Shown here: in pieces, positions 34,973 to 47,772 of the stretch
Layout of the letters: every line of letters begins with the position of its first letter
How positions within the stretch are numbered: the first letter of the stretch is position 1
NCBI GenBank assembly: GCA_020891255.1
Contig: BQFW01000002.1
Location: 2,542,001 to 2,606,000 of the forward strand
Origin: Entomortierella parvispora E1425
Lineage: Eukaryota; Fungi; Mortierellomycota
Reading direction: 5' to 3'
Length of the DNA: 64,000 bases
Position numbers and translations under genes: made by a program
The notes under the pieces: generated by a model
Databases searched by the model: none
Seen by the model: the letters and a program-made list of their open reading frames with translations, nothing else
What the model was told of the DNA's origin: nothing

Positions 34973-36448
34973 ATGGACTCATTCTTGCAAGACGACGTTG
35001 CCGTATCGTCGCAGGCGACCCCTTCTGTCGTCAAGCTGCAATACAATGGCGCAGTATACGACAACTCTATCCGTATCTTGCCAACCATCGACAACAAGGA
35101 GTTGTACAATGCTGCACGGAACTTGGCCAACCTGCCCAAGGACACGCCCATCTCTTTGCTCCGCCTTGATCACAAAGGCGAACTTGTTACCAACCCCAGA
35201 ACTTTGATCGACGGCGAGTTGTTGGAGATCATCGAAGGCAACCCTGATGAACGTACGAAGACGACACGACCCTTTTGTTTCTTCTGTAGGTGGCTGTTCG
35301 GACTGGGTACTTCTGAAACTGACGGATTTCTTGTTTTGCGGTGATTTTTTTTTTTGTTGTTAGCCAATGTCGCGGCTCGTCAGACCGAGCTCGACTCTGC
35401 CTCCCAGACCCCTACTGGATCAAACCGTATCGTGCAGTCGCAGTCTGTGAGAGGAACCCTTCAGTTCCTCCATATCGTAGAGAAACTTAAGGTATACTAT
35501 CCAAGTCTGCCTAGTATCTTTCTGAAAGAGTTGGTTTTCTTGCGAGTTGAACTGATGTTTTCTTCTTTATCCATATACAGCGCACCAAGAGAACTGGATG
35601 GGTTAACAACAACATTAAGCCTGCGGAATCGATTGCGGATCACATGTACAGGATGGGCATCATGGCTCTTTTGATTGACGAAAAAACCGCTGGAGTGAAC
35701 AAGGATCGTTGCATCAAGATGGCTATTGTCCATGACCTCGCAGAGAGTTTGGTGGTAGGTTCCTGGACTTTTAATCCGGGATAGTTCGGATCTTGTATCA
35801 GCAATTAACATCTAACGAGAACTCTCTATTTCTCTTTGTTTTTTCTTCTTTTGCTATATCTTTAGGGCGACATCACACCTTTCGATGGTGTTACTGTCGA
35901 GGACAAGCACACCCAAGAACGCGTATGTTTCTTTATTCTTTCTTTGTGCTCGATATCAGAATCGTTAACGGGACGAATGACCTTGATCTAACCTAACCTG
36001 GCTTTTTTTTTTTTTTTTTTTTTTTTTGGGTCCGTTCCCGCTCTATGTGCAGAATGCTATGCACCACCTTTGCAATGAGTTGTTGGGATGGTCAGCACAG
36101 GCTCAAGAGATCTTTGGACTGTTTACTGAATATGAGGCTGCCGCGACTCCTGAAGCCCTTCTTGTCAAGGACTTTGACAAGTTCGAAATGATCATGCAGG
36201 CATTGGAGTACGAGCAGTGTAAGTCATTGCTGCCCTTTTTCCTTTTATTCCAACAATTTTTTAATGACAAATGGGACCAATGTCATGATTCTAACGGCTT
36301 TCTATATATCTGGGTCATAATAGCCGAGGATGTGACTCTGGAAGACTTTTTCGCAGGAACAAGAGGCAAGTTTAAGCACCCCATGGTGACTGCCTGGGTA
36401 AACGAGCTTGAGGCCGAGAGAGCTCAGTCCCGCGCAATCAAGTCGTAA
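34973..36448 (+). CDS. HDDC2: HD-domain 5'-deoxynucleotidase (HDDC2/Ygk1-like) with an extra ~93-aa N-terminal domain
   Basis: LQFLHIVEKLK-RTKRTGWV...ESIADHMYRMG...MAIVHDLAESLV-GDITPFD...VKDFDKFEMIMQALEYE. Exon 1 (34973-35252) splices in phase 1 to 35364, and exon 2 has no in-frame ATG before the HD domain. Confidence 0.88.
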
Positions 36449-37512
36449 ATTACCTAGAACTATCTATCTTGTGATGACAATAGATTTATTCAAAAACGAA
36501 AAGTACTGCACTGGGAGAAGATATATCGCATGCCGTCGCTCACCTATGATGAATGAGATTCCCCCATGTTCAGTCAACAGAAAACATCAGCACTCGGATA
36601 TATGTTGCCATCTCCTCTTCTCTGGGTGCACTTGTTATTTTCATTTTATTGTATTTTATCGTCTATTTTGGGTGAGAAAGAAAACTACGAGACTGCGAGT
36701 TCATCGGCCATTGCTCGAAGGTCGCTGCACCCATTCCAAACATAGAGGACTGTAGTATGGTCAGTGGATGCTGTAAAAACGCGGTTTATCTCTGACGCCA
36801 CAGAGATTATTCTCAGGGAGATTCCCACAACACTCCCACTCTCCCCCTCTTGAACTCCAAACCCCCCAACAGAATCCTTCATTGAACCACCTCCAATTAT
36901 TGACTTCCTCAAGGGTAGAGGCCCCACACCGTCTTCCGGAACAATGACAGCCGCAGAGACGAATTCCCAGAAATAATCCATGCCGCTCTCACCTCTCACT
37001 CTGCTCTGATGATTCATTGAACCTACTTATTGTGTACATGCATGGCGAACAACAAAGGGTGTGGTCTTGGAGTTCTTTGATACATCTCTTCAACCCCCTC
37101 CCCCCCCCAATTTATAGCATCAAGAGCAAAGGATCGTTTCAGCTAGTGTTGATCAATATCCCTTGCGCTATCCAGTCTTCTTGGCCAACATGGTCGCGTA
37201 CTTTGTGGGAGGCAAGACCAGAAAGACTAGCCAAAGCAGACGGAAAAGGTGGCCCTGGACTCTGTCACACCTGTCCTTCTGCTTTCGTTTGTAGTGGTAC
37301 CATCTACCCGACAGCCAATTCTCTCGGATGCAAAAATGCTATTATTTGATGTTTTTATTTGTTTTGAGAAAAGGGCGTTGGTACAGAATATGGTAGAAAA
37401 AAATACAAAGGGGAAAGATATTGAACCGTCTACAACTAAAAGGGGGAACGAGAGTGGGGAATATGTGCAAATCATGAGTGGGCAGTTGTGTATGGCAAGA
37501 AAACGAGTTCCT

Positions 37513-39979
37513 TTAGGCAAAATGGACCTCTGAGAAGGGCAAAAAGGTCTGCTTGTCTTGACTGCTCTGCAAATCAAGATCAACCAAGCGGGCCATCATT
37601 GATTCATAAAGCCACTCTGTCATGTTTGCATCTTCCGAGGGACTGGAGGACTCGCTGGAGCCCAGGTTAAGACTGAACAAAAGCTGTGCCAGACCAGCAT
37701 CGCCTTCCACGTCACCAGAAAGTTCGAATGGAGTCTCGGAGCGTCGTTGACTTGAAAGTACTTTCTGAGCCTCGACCTGTGCCCAAAGATCCTGCTGCAT
37801 CTCCCACTCCAATGCCTCGCCAACGCGCTTATCACCTTCATAATCCTGAACAGTGGCAGGCGTTTCCTTGTGGGCTGATGAAAGTCGACCTTGATCTTCA
37901 GAGAACTTGAACAGATCCATTGAAGCGCCAAGGAAAGTCTGCATGAGCTCGTACACAACCCCCTGCATCAACAGAGGGTTTCGCTCTTCCAGTTTCAGCT
38001 CCTTAGGGGTCCGTTCAACATTCAACCAGGGCCGATCCCACATGTCGTCGTCCTTTGAGTGGGAGGCCTTTGGGCCAAACTGGAACTGCTCTCCAAAGCG
38101 CAACTCGGGGACAAGTGTCGTGTGGACAAAAACAGGGTTCTTGTCTTTCCACGAGCTGCCACTGAGTGATGACGAGTTGGGTACATCCTTGTGGAAGTTG
38201 GGAGTCAGGATGGGGGACTGAGGGCGAGCAGGCATGGAAAGAGTAAGATTGCTCTTTCCGTTGGCGTTAAGGGCTGAGCGAGTGAGGATCGAAGCAAGCA
38301 AGGACTGGTTTTCGCTCGAGAGTGCCGTTGCAGCCTCGGTCATTTGAGGTGTAGAAGTGTTGGCGCTGGCGTTGGCAATAGTAGACTGCGCCAACTGCAA
38401 CTTCATCGACTCCAGCTCTTCCTTGAGTCGTCTGTTCTCTTCCTGGACATAGGTCACCGCCTCACGCAAATGTCGCGCCTCCGTCTTGTGTTGCTCGACT
38501 TGGCCTTCCAAGGTCCCGATGTACTCTAGAAACCACATGAACAAGAAAAATATGAGTATAGGGCACTCTATCTGGACATGCAATATGACGACTTTTCATT
38601 AGGCCGCCACATCAGGCTCCCCTCCCCTCTGCCCCCCTTTTACTTGACTCACCCTTTCTCCTGACCCTGAAATTTCTTGCCGAAATCTTGTTTCGAAGTT
38701 GCCTGCGCTCCTTGGAGGTCATCTTCTTCAGATCGGTGGATGAAGGAATATCATCCGTCTTGATACCCGGCTGCGTCTTCAATCCATGAGTCTTGCCCTC
38801 CTGAGTTTCCTCTCCATTCTCGGCATCCTCCATCTCCTCATCAGAAGCGTCCTCTTCTTTGATGGTCTCGGACTCTGGAGGAGGTGCGATCAGGTGCTTG
38901 GTCGACTCGAGCAGACGAGCCAATGTGTCCTCAATCTCCTCCCGTGTCAGCTTGCCAGTGAATAGATGTGAGACCATGGGTGCCTGCATCTGCTGTTGCA
39001 AAAGGAACTGCAGGGTCGCAGCAGACAGGGTGGTGTTGGCGGGCGATGTCAATGTAGCTAATGTAGGTTCTGGCTCTGGGGCCGCAGCAGGAGTTGACGT
39101 AGTCTTCTTTGGTGAGGCGGCTCTCTCAGTCTTCTTGGGTGAGGAAGCTCGCTCTGTCTTTGCCTGTTTCCGTGCGGCTGAGGTCGGTTCGGGGCTCGGC
39201 CTCTTGGTCGATGTTGTTGATTTGGCAGCTGCAGCTTTCGAAGAATCGATCAGAACAGCAACTGCAGTAAACAAAATAAACAGACGGCAGTGGTGGCGAA
39301 GAATAACAAACAAGGGTCAGTCAGGCATTTAGCGCGCGGAGTTCAAGGAGAGCGCAGTAGATAAGACAGGAGGAGGGTCTTGAGACTTACTCTGTGCAGT
39401 GGCGGTGGCTGCAGTAGAAATTGAGCTGTTAATAGGTGTGGTGGCGGCTGTGGCGGTGGAAGTGGTTGTGCTACTGCTGGAAGCGGCTGTCGTTGCAACA
39501 GAAGCGATGGCACCCACAACATCGGGAACAATGGTTGCTGTTGTAGGCGAGTTGACCAGGGTCAACAGCGGGCTGCCACAAGGCTCATCAATGGCCTTGA
39601 TATCAGCCTGTGGCTGCAATTTTTGCTGTTGCTCCTGAAGAAGCTGCTGTTGTTGCCGAAGCTGCTCCTGCTGCTGCAGGTTATGGGCAAGGAGGACCTG
39701 GATATCATGCTGCTCTTGCTTGATCTGAACATTGGCGTCCAAAGGGCTGATCGAAACCGGTGTGGTCGCAGGCTCGGAGGAGGCAGGGGAGATAGATGTG
39801 TCGATGGAGTCTAGGGACTCGAAGGAGCCGAGCGAGGCCAAGTCGGTGGCAGAGGCACCTGCACTGGAGGTCATGTCTTCGCTGAAGAAGTAAGAGAACA
39901 GGTCATTGTTCGTGTCTGAGGACCCGAGCAGGTCGAGCTCGAGAAAGTCGCCAAAGAGGGGATTGTTAGAGTCGGTCAT
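37513..39979 (-). CDS. bZIP transcription factor (3 exons)
   Basis: Basic region KKMTSKERRQLRNKISARNFRVRRK splices to EYIGTLEGQVEQHKTEARHLREAV (zipper). The N-terminus MTDSNNPLFGDFLELDLL is acidic and Q-rich. Donors at about 39390 and 38652. Confidence 0.85.
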
Positions 39980-40721
39980 AATGCGCGATGGCGAATGGGG
40001 CAAGAGACAGGGACGAGAGGTGTGGACTACAGCCGGAATGAGGGTGTGAAGGTGAAGGATGACTGGAGAAGGTGGGGGGGGGGGGGGATAACGAATGAAA
40101 TGAATGAATGAATGGACGGAAGGAAGGAATGTAAGGTAGAACAGGAAAGGAAAGAAAGAAGGAAGGAAAGAGGAAAGAAAGAAAGACCTGCTGACAAAAG
40201 GCGAAACACTCAAGAACAGAAACAAGGGCCTTGGCGTGGTCAGTTCGTTCATCGTATTGGCATAGTCATATTCATAACAAACCTCTGCCGTCCGTCTGCT
40301 GCCCGCCACCTGGACCGCGGGGCGCAGGCCACGGGACCACCTCGATCAACTCTTTCTGAGCTCTGTAATTGTCCCTGCACACAAGAATGCACCGTCCGCA
40401 CGTCTGCACTGCCCCCAGCCAGGGACCTTGGCCGATCCTTGATCCAGGCACAAGGTCGCCAATACCTGACTGTGCCTCCTCTCAATGTCCGCTGTAACTT
40501 TCTGTCTTTCTTTCAAGCGTCACCTTTAACTGCCTCGATGATGACATTCTTGCCCCAATGGTTCGGCATCCGCAGCCCCTTGGGAGCCCGCGGTTATTTG
40601 GGGAGGGACGTATTATTGCTGTCCTGCACAAGCCCCAAGATCGCCGTGGAAGGTTCCATTGATCACGTGCAATGCATGACGCGTCCCTTTTTTGTGTCAC
40701 ATGATCAAATTGTGAGGCACT

Positions 40722-43438
40722 TTATTTAGGCAGCATACTGCTCCTTTGAATCCGGCTTTCAACCTTGGCTCGCTCCTCGTCCAATCTCGCCTGTATCAAA
40801 GCCAACCGTTGGATCTTGACCTCGTCTGCTTCTTCTTCTGACAGCTCGTGTTCGAGCGTCATGGCAGCAAGGGAAGGGGTTGTTAAGGCTGCCCCTGTCC
40901 CCAGTTTGTCAGAACCTAGACTCAGGTTGCTGATGCTGGAAAATCTTGCAATGTTATTGCCGGAGCTTCCCTCTGGCAGGCTCGTATTAGAAACAAAGGG
41001 TGTGTGGTTTGGACGAGGGGCTGTTATGGGAGGCGGAGGGATATAAAAGGAATTGATACCAAAGACACTCTCTGGTACTGCTTGAGGACTGCCTGGGGAT
41101 CGATTGAAAGAAGGAGGGCGGACATATTGACCCTGGTTGCTATCAAGGGTGATGGCCCCAGCGCGAGAGCCCGTGGGGCTGTTAGGACCATCAAATGTTC
41201 CTAACGTCTGTCCACTCTCCAAAGGAATTGGAGGTGATGCACCACTCCTGATCTTGTCGCTACCGTTGTTGCTGTTATCAACAACAATGGATTGCGGCTG
41301 TTGCGGTAGTTTCTCAGTCGTTATTGGGAGTCCTTGTGGGCTACGAGGATGAGGCCCTGGATGGGTCCAGTAAGGAGATGGAGCTACGAGGGCTTTCAAA
41401 TCCGGAGAGGTAGTACCGATACTTGTCTCTGATAAAAGTACCGTCGATCCCAATGTGTCTGCAACTGAGGCAGGTGGTGGCGACCCACCACCCGGTTGCA
41501 CGTATTGCTGAGTAGTTGCGATAATGGGTACCGCAAGGGACCTTGAAAGAAATGATTCTGATGACGGAGATCGGGAACCGTCTTCACCCGCCTTCTCATT
41601 TTCCTCTCCTTCTTCCTGCTTGCTAATCTGGTATATGTCGCCTCGCTCTAGTTGAGGTGAAAGACGGTGTCGGCGATTGGCAGAGAGAGAGCTCATCACG
41701 GGTAAAGCCATGAGTGAATCCTCGACCTCTCCTTCGTCGTCTCTTTCACCACCTCCTCCTTCTCGTTGTTGGCGATTTCCAAACTCTTGGCCGCCGCGGC
41801 TTTCATAGTCTTTGTCGAGTGCATTTCTTCTTCTCCTGCGCCTGTAGAATACAAAACCAGCAATGAGAAGCACCACCACCAGTGCACCGCATGCTCCACC
41901 AGCAATGGCGCCCACGTTACTGCTGCTGGACGACTTGACGACTTCTTCCTCTTTGAACTGGTTCGTCCATTGGTCCAATTGGGCATTGTAGATGAGTATT
42001 GTAGAGTTCATCATGGTAGCAGCGTTGTCGCCTAGATTTCACCAAAAAAAAGGGGGGGGCTGTGTGAGTTAACTCTTTTGCATCTTTTTTTTTTAACCTT
42101 CGCCTTCGCGTTCATGAACGGGTCACGTACCTCCCCAGGCTATAAAATAGTCGCCGGATGCTCCACAGGCCATACCTCGCCGCGGAGAAACAGAGGGGGT
42201 TCCTTGTGTCCAAACCATGCTGGCGACGTCAAGAATGAAGATTCCACCAGAGGGGACGTTTTTGGCCGATACACCGCCGAAAAGCACCATCTTTGATCCG
42301 TTGTACACTAGGGTTGCAATTCAAACAGGGTAAATTCAGGGTAAACAAGTATTACTTGTACACAAAAGTAGAAAAAAAAACATTGGGAAAAAGGGGGGTG
42401 GTAATCAACACGCGATTCCTTAACAAAGACGAAAAACAAAAGGGTAGACTACTCACTTGGCACCATGCAATGGGCATTGAGATCCCCGGGCGACGGCCCA
42501 GTTGGGTTCTAGAAAGCAAAAGAGAAGAGATGAGAAGAAAGGAAAAAGGCGAGATTTGAAGGTCCTGGGTGAAATTGTGAGGACCCAGTGTGAAATTGGG
42601 AGCCGAACCATCTTGGTACTCTTTTATGGGTAAACCATGCCGAGGCTGTGTTGCATACCATAAGACTCCATGTGCTGGTCGAGGGCTTGAAGGTGTACAT
42701 GTATGGACTTGGCGTCTGAGTGGATGGCACCGTTCCTCCATAGAGGAGCATGCTGTTCAGGACCGTTGACCACACCATGCTGAAAAAGGTCACGCCGATG
42801 GGCATAGGCGATCCCGGCATTGGAGACGTTGTTAGATCCTTAGTCGTCGGATTATATATAAACATGGAGCGAGGTCCGTTAACTGCCGTGGCATTGGCTC
42901 CATTTGGGATATAGATATTGCCTGACCCCGGATCTGTCAAGGCAACAAGACCATCGTACTTGTTGATCCCAACGGGATTGGGCACAGGTGTCTCCCACGT
43001 CTGATTCTGAATGTTAAATATGGAGATGCTGCCTCCGACTTCGTTGTCCCAGAAGATCAACTCTTGTCCATCTTGACTCAACGTCGCCGATTGGAAAACC
43101 TCCGCGGGTGAGACATTTTTACCCTGGCCCTTTTGTACAGCGTGCCAAGGTGGGTTGCTGTCGGGCCAAGGAGTGGTTAAATCAAGAGAGAAGAATTGGC
43201 TGGTGGTCGATAAACTATTGTTAAGCACCAGGTTCCCTCCTTCTATGTAAAGAGTCTCCTCATTCACGGACAGATATTGGGGGCAGCGAACTGGTTGTGG
43301 GGTTTGATAGGCACTGACTAGGGTGGAGGAGAGAGGAGAGGAGGAGAGGACGGTGCTGAAGGAAGGGAAGAGGAGGATTGAAAGCACCAATGAGGGCCTT
43401 GAGTGTTTCCTGCGAGTTTGGAAGTGTGGAGGTGACAT
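40722..43438 (-). CDS. Kelch/galactose-oxidase-like beta-propeller type I membrane protein, multi-exon
   Basis: Signal-like hydrophobic N-terminus. Blades include LYIEGG...QFFSLDLTTPW, MLLYGG...YTFKP and MVLFGG...IFILDVASMVWT. TM AIAGGACGALVVVLLIAGFVFY followed by RRRRRR, then a long S/P-rich cytoplasmic tail ending in a short coiled coil. Confidence 0.8.
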
Positions 43439-44886
43439 CTCTTTTTTTTTTTTTTTTGTCTGCGTCAGCCAAAAAAAAAAAAAAAAAAAGAATAGAAAAA
43501 AAACAGGGGGACGGAACTCCCAGCACTGAAGGTGCTGGTGGGAATTGAGGTGAAAGGAAAAAGGGCAAAGAAAAGAAAAAGGGAGCCAAAGAAGACAATA
43601 TTAAAAAAAAATGGAACAAATAAAGCATCCACTTCGTTTTTTACGTTTTGTTTTACCGAGTCATCCATCCTCTTCGCCCACTTTTCAGCCTCGCCATGTC
43701 TCCACTGGCTTCCATTGAAAATAAGTTGTGGGTCATGCATGCGGCGGAAAAAGGTGGTCGACTGATAAAAAGCAATGGCCCCGAAAAAAAAAAAAAAAAA
43801 AAAAAATCAACAACAGAAAACAAGAACACAGGGAAAAAAAAGAGCGTCGCACGAAGAAAGAAAAGAATTCGACCGCCGACACACATCGGGGAGGGAGAGC
43901 TCTACTGCAAACTAGGTATCTTGCCAACTCTGTGAACTGCTGGCCATAAAGAGTCCAGCGACACGGCAAGAAACAGACTATGAAGAGGGGTTACAATGAG
44001 GACAGAAAGGCCTCAAATAAAGAGGCGGCAGTCAAAAACGAACATCATCACACAAACAATTTGAAAAACATCTTGCTTTGTTGCTCCTGGTCCCAGTGGA
44101 CAGAAACCTTTGTATATTTTTTTGCATGCAGGCACAACACAGGTTTGGCCACCCATGCTGCCCAAACAAGGTTTGTTTGTAGACAGAGCTTCATCTTCAA
44201 TGGGCTAAACCTGACATGCCAATTTGGCCATATGCATCGCCCGACCCGCTCTAACTCATCGAATGCACACAGCAGCCATTGTATTTAACTTTCTTTTTTC
44301 AGACCCAGCTCTCAGGATGATCCGCGAGCATGACGCCAACCTCCTCTTCCCGCCCTAGCTCAATTCGCTCCTTGATGGTGAGACCAACTTGGTTTCGAAG
44401 ATACCTGATGAAAACAAGGCTGGCTGGTACAGCCAGCTGGTGGTATCTTCTATCCGCACTTTGTAAAAGAGTTTGTATGTCAGAACATGGGCAATGCTGC
44501 TCTCATCCCCTCCTTGGACCCTACCGATTGCACGAGCAATTGAACTTGACCCAAAGGGGCTTTGGATGTCAACAGACATGGACTGGCACTATCACGTCCC
44601 TGCATCGGCAAGGATCACAAAAAAGCGGCACTGCCACTGTCAACAAAGTTAGCTCGCGAGCGAAAGAAAAAAAAGGGGGGGAAAGCAACGCGCGCCTGCA
44701 CGCGCCACCAAAAATTACATTTTTTATTATTGTTTTTTTTTTGCTGTGTTTTTTGCCACCAAATTATTGTTGGGTCATCACAAAAAAGAGGGAGAGAGAA
44801 AGAGGGGGAGAGAGGGGAAGATCACGGAAACATGGAGAGGGAAAGGGAGAGAATCATTAAAGTCATTAGAATCATTACAAGGTTCA

Positions 44887-47772
44887 TTACAAGTCGCTGA
44901 TGGCGTTTGTGAGGCTGCTGGAGCGATCCAACACCTTGGTCGCGGGCTGCAAAGGAGCACTAATTGTTCGCTGTCGGACCAAAGGGCTCAAGATCACTGG
45001 GCCTATCCTCGTCGTCACCGCAACGTCCGAACCAGCCCTGGCCAGGACTGTGGGAGGTTGAGGTCGAGGAGGGCCGCTGAGGGTTAAATCTCCCGCAGAT
45101 GCAGAAGCAGCAGCCATTGCCAACAAGGATGGCGAGGATGAACCTTGTCGCGGAGCGGGCGATTCAGAGGGGTTATTAGCACCACTACCATTATCACTAT
45201 CAGTAGCACTACCAGCGCTCAAAGGAGACGTGGAAGAAGCCGAAGAGGGAGAGGGTGGTGGTGCTGGAAGCGGAGAAGCTGGAGGAGGCGCCTGGATTTT
45301 GGCGCTGGAGCGTTTTGACTTTTTCCGATCCTTGACCTTGATTTCTTTGGAACGAGGCTTCTCAAGCCCATAGATTTTCTCATAGTGGGAATCGGGCCGG
45401 GATGACACCGGTGGGGTATAGTGTACGACAGGGAAGCCCGTGAAAGTGGCCCTCAGTGTGTCCGAGGCAGTAGGGACCAAGGGACTTTTGGGTCGAGGAT
45501 CCGAGCTGCGTTGTCGTCGAAATTTTGATGGGGTGGTGGGGTGGTTGGTGGCAAAGAATCCAAGGGATGGCTGGAGCATGCTGGTCACTAAAGGGTGCAC
45601 CGTATTGGAGATGGGTGTATAAGAGCTTCGGGCCAGAAGTTTGGTAGCCTTGGTGCCCAGGAATGAGGCCGAGGCTGTGATCGATCTTCTGGCTCGAGAT
45701 CGCCTTTTCGTGCGCGGGACTGTGGGTGGCAGCAGGACGGGGTCAGAGCCATAAAGGGCCGTCTCTTCCGCGCGTGCGTGCCAAGGGGTCAAGGTCAAGC
45801 GCAAGGTCATGTACCGAATTCCATTTGTGGTTGCAGGAATGATATCATCTTGCTCGAGTGCATCAAAAATATCGATCCATGGCTCTGAAAGTGATTCCAT
45901 GGAGGGGCGAGATGATGCAGAAAAGGGAGACGACAGAGTGAGGTCCGTGGATTGGAACCCGTTCTTGATCATTTCATCAAAGACACTTTCAGAAGAGAAG
46001 CTGGCGCGGATCATCTGGCGCGTGCGAGGGCAGTTGTAGGGCTGTGTTCGTGAGCATGAATAGGTGGTATCCAAGGCAACAGCCGTCGGTGGAGGAGTGG
46101 GTGGTAGCTCTCTGCGTTCGAAATGGTCTCGACGCAGCATGCACTGGTCTTTTCTCGCCTTCAAAATGTCCTGGTCAATTGAAGTGTCGTCCTCGATTTC
46201 TATCGTGGTCTCTTCCACAACAGCCTTTACGGCCACAGTGGCAGCAGTCGCAGCAGTAGCAACAGTAGCAACGGGAGTCACAGGGGTGACTGTAACAGCA
46301 ATGGCGATTGGGGGTAATGGGGTGATGGGGGAGCCTCCAATTCCGTAGATGTTGCTCAGATGATCCCTAAACTCGTCGTCCGAAGCGGTACTGCATACAG
46401 AATTGCGCCGCGAAGATGGACTCTCGTCCTGATCCTTCTTCCCAGCATCCTTGACTAGACTCGTTTGAAGGTGTGGGACGAGGTTCGCCTGCAGGGCTGA
46501 CTCTGTTAGGGCTACTGTCTGTACTGAAGGGGTGGAGCTATCGTCACGGAGGTAGGGACTCTCATCCCGTTGATAAGCGCTATTGTTACTGCGAATATCC
46601 GCCTCGGTTACACGCCTCAGTCTCTGTCGTGTGGGCGGTGAATCCTCTAGCGGAACGCCACTCGACAATGGGTGAAATTTCGCGTCGTAATCAGGAGAAG
46701 GTCCATCTTCATCTGTGACATAACCAACTACAGGGAATGACCTGGACAATGGATTAGGCAGACCGCAGGGAACACCATGAAGGTTCGAGAGGTTGGACGA
46801 TGTCACAGGAGAGAGATTCTCGGGAGTCATGGGAGAGAGGTTGGAGGAGGCCATAGAGAGGGTAGCCGATGTCAAGGGAGAGTCAATGGACATGGATGTC
46901 CCACTTGACGAGGAAGATCCTCCCAGAGTGTCCTGTGAGGGGAGTCTTTGAGACCGGTATCGCGTATCCTGCTTTGGGCGGTAGACACTCACCTCTGGTC
47001 GAACAGAGGTGATTTTTGTCTTTGTCCAGGTAGCAATCACAGGTGGTGGCGGTGCAGAAGACTCTGACGATTTGAGTTCACTTTTGGATATGGGCTGTGA
47101 TTTCATGACAGACGAGGTCCTTGCAGTAGGTTGAGGGGCGTATGTGGTTGATGCACGGTAACCATTTGTCGCAGGGTATGAGCTGGTGACAGGGTATGAG
47201 CTGGTGACAGGGTACGAGCTGATGGGATTGTACGAGTCGGTGGTATATGGGTTGGGGATGGGGTGAGAGTTGGCAAGGGGGTGTTGTGCATGTGTGGTGG
47301 GGTACGAGGGAACAGAGGAGTATGAGGGGGTGGCGGAGTATTGATTCGCTACGGGAAAAGGGCCCGAGATGTTGTACGCAGTCATTGAGCGTTTTGGTGT
47401 GGCGATGGGTTGCGAGCCCATCATGGGCTTTGAGTTTCCTGCATAAGGGTGTCTCACGGCACGACTAATATCTGCTGCACTGTTTGTTCTGGAAGGTATA
47501 CTGGTGGATGCCAGAAAAGCAGACGGCCACTGTTGGCCAGCATTGATGTTCTGAGCGTGACCCATGTCGCCAACCTCATTGCCATCCTGTGGTTTGGGCC
47601 AAAGCTTTTTGATGGGTGTCAAAGAAAGGCGAGCAGAGGGTGGGGCGACAGAGGATACAGGGGTGGGCACCCGTGAGCTCTGTGCCTTTTTGCTCGGTCC
47701 ATTGATATAAGTGTGGGGGCTGACAGGAAGCGTCTTCATCCAAGTACCTGAGTCCACTCCCATATATGCCAT
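44887..47772 (-). CDS. Uncharacterised 961-aa Ser/Pro-rich protein, intronless, with a small conserved-looking core
   Basis: 2.9-kb open frame. The core CPRTRQMIRASFSSESVFDEMIKNGF...RYMTLRLTLTPWHARAEETALYG resembles a fungal domain of unknown function (recollection only). Confidence 0.75.
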   Translation of the reverse strand: MAYMGVDSGTWMKTLPVSPHTYINGPSKKAQSSRVPTPVSSVAPPSARLSLTPIKKLWPKPQDGNEVGDMGHAQNINAGQQWPSAFLASTSIPSRTNSAADISRAVRHPYAGNSKPMMGSQPIATPKRSMTAYNISGPFPVANQYSATPSYSSVPSYPTTHAQHPLANSHPIPNPYTTDSYNPISSYPVTSSYPVTSSYPATNGYRASTTYAPQPTARTSSVMKSQPISKSELKSSESSAPPPPVIATWTKTKITSVRPEVSVYRPKQDTRYRSQRLPSQDTLGGSSSSSGTSMSIDSPLTSATLSMASSNLSPMTPENLSPVTSSNLSNLHGVPCGLPNPLSRSFPVVGYVTDEDGPSPDYDAKFHPLSSGVPLEDSPPTRQRLRRVTEADIRSNNSAYQRDESPYLRDDSSTPSVQTVALTESALQANLVPHLQTSLVKDAGKKDQDESPSSRRNSVCSTASDDEFRDHLSNIYGIGGSPITPLPPIAIAVTVTPVTPVATVATAATAATVAVKAVVEETTIEIEDDTSIDQDILKARKDQCMLRRDHFERRELPPTPPPTAVALDTTYSCSRTQPYNCPRTRQMIRASFSSESVFDEMIKNGFQSTDLTLSSPFSASSRPSMESLSEPWIDIFDALEQDDIIPATTNGIRYMTLRLTLTPWHARAEETALYGSDPVLLPPTVPRTKRRSRARRSITASASFLGTKATKLLARSSYTPISNTVHPLVTSMLQPSLGFFATNHPTTPSKFRRQRSSDPRPKSPLVPTASDTLRATFTGFPVVHYTPPVSSRPDSHYEKIYGLEKPRSKEIKVKDRKKSKRSSAKIQAPPPASPLPAPPPSPSSASSTSPLSAGSATDSDNGSGANNPSESPAPRQGSSSPSLLAMAAASASAGDLTLSGPPRPQPPTVLARAGSDVAVTTRIGPVILSPLVRQRTISAPLQPATKVLDRSSSLTNAISDL
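47173..47224 (-). repeat. 18-nt coding tandem repeat (SSYPVT)
   Basis: agggtatgagctggtgac twice, plus a degenerate third copy. Confidence 0.85.

Noticed and set aside
36685-37017. 110-aa minus-strand ORF downstream of the bZIP gene
   Set aside because: It has no recognisable motif or splice context. It could be UTR or a relic, but I cannot support a call.
44355-44579. 74-aa minus-strand ORF (MSVDIQSPFG...) in the intergenic region
   Set aside because: The composition looks protein-like, but it is short with no motif and no paralog in the window. Expression data would be needed.
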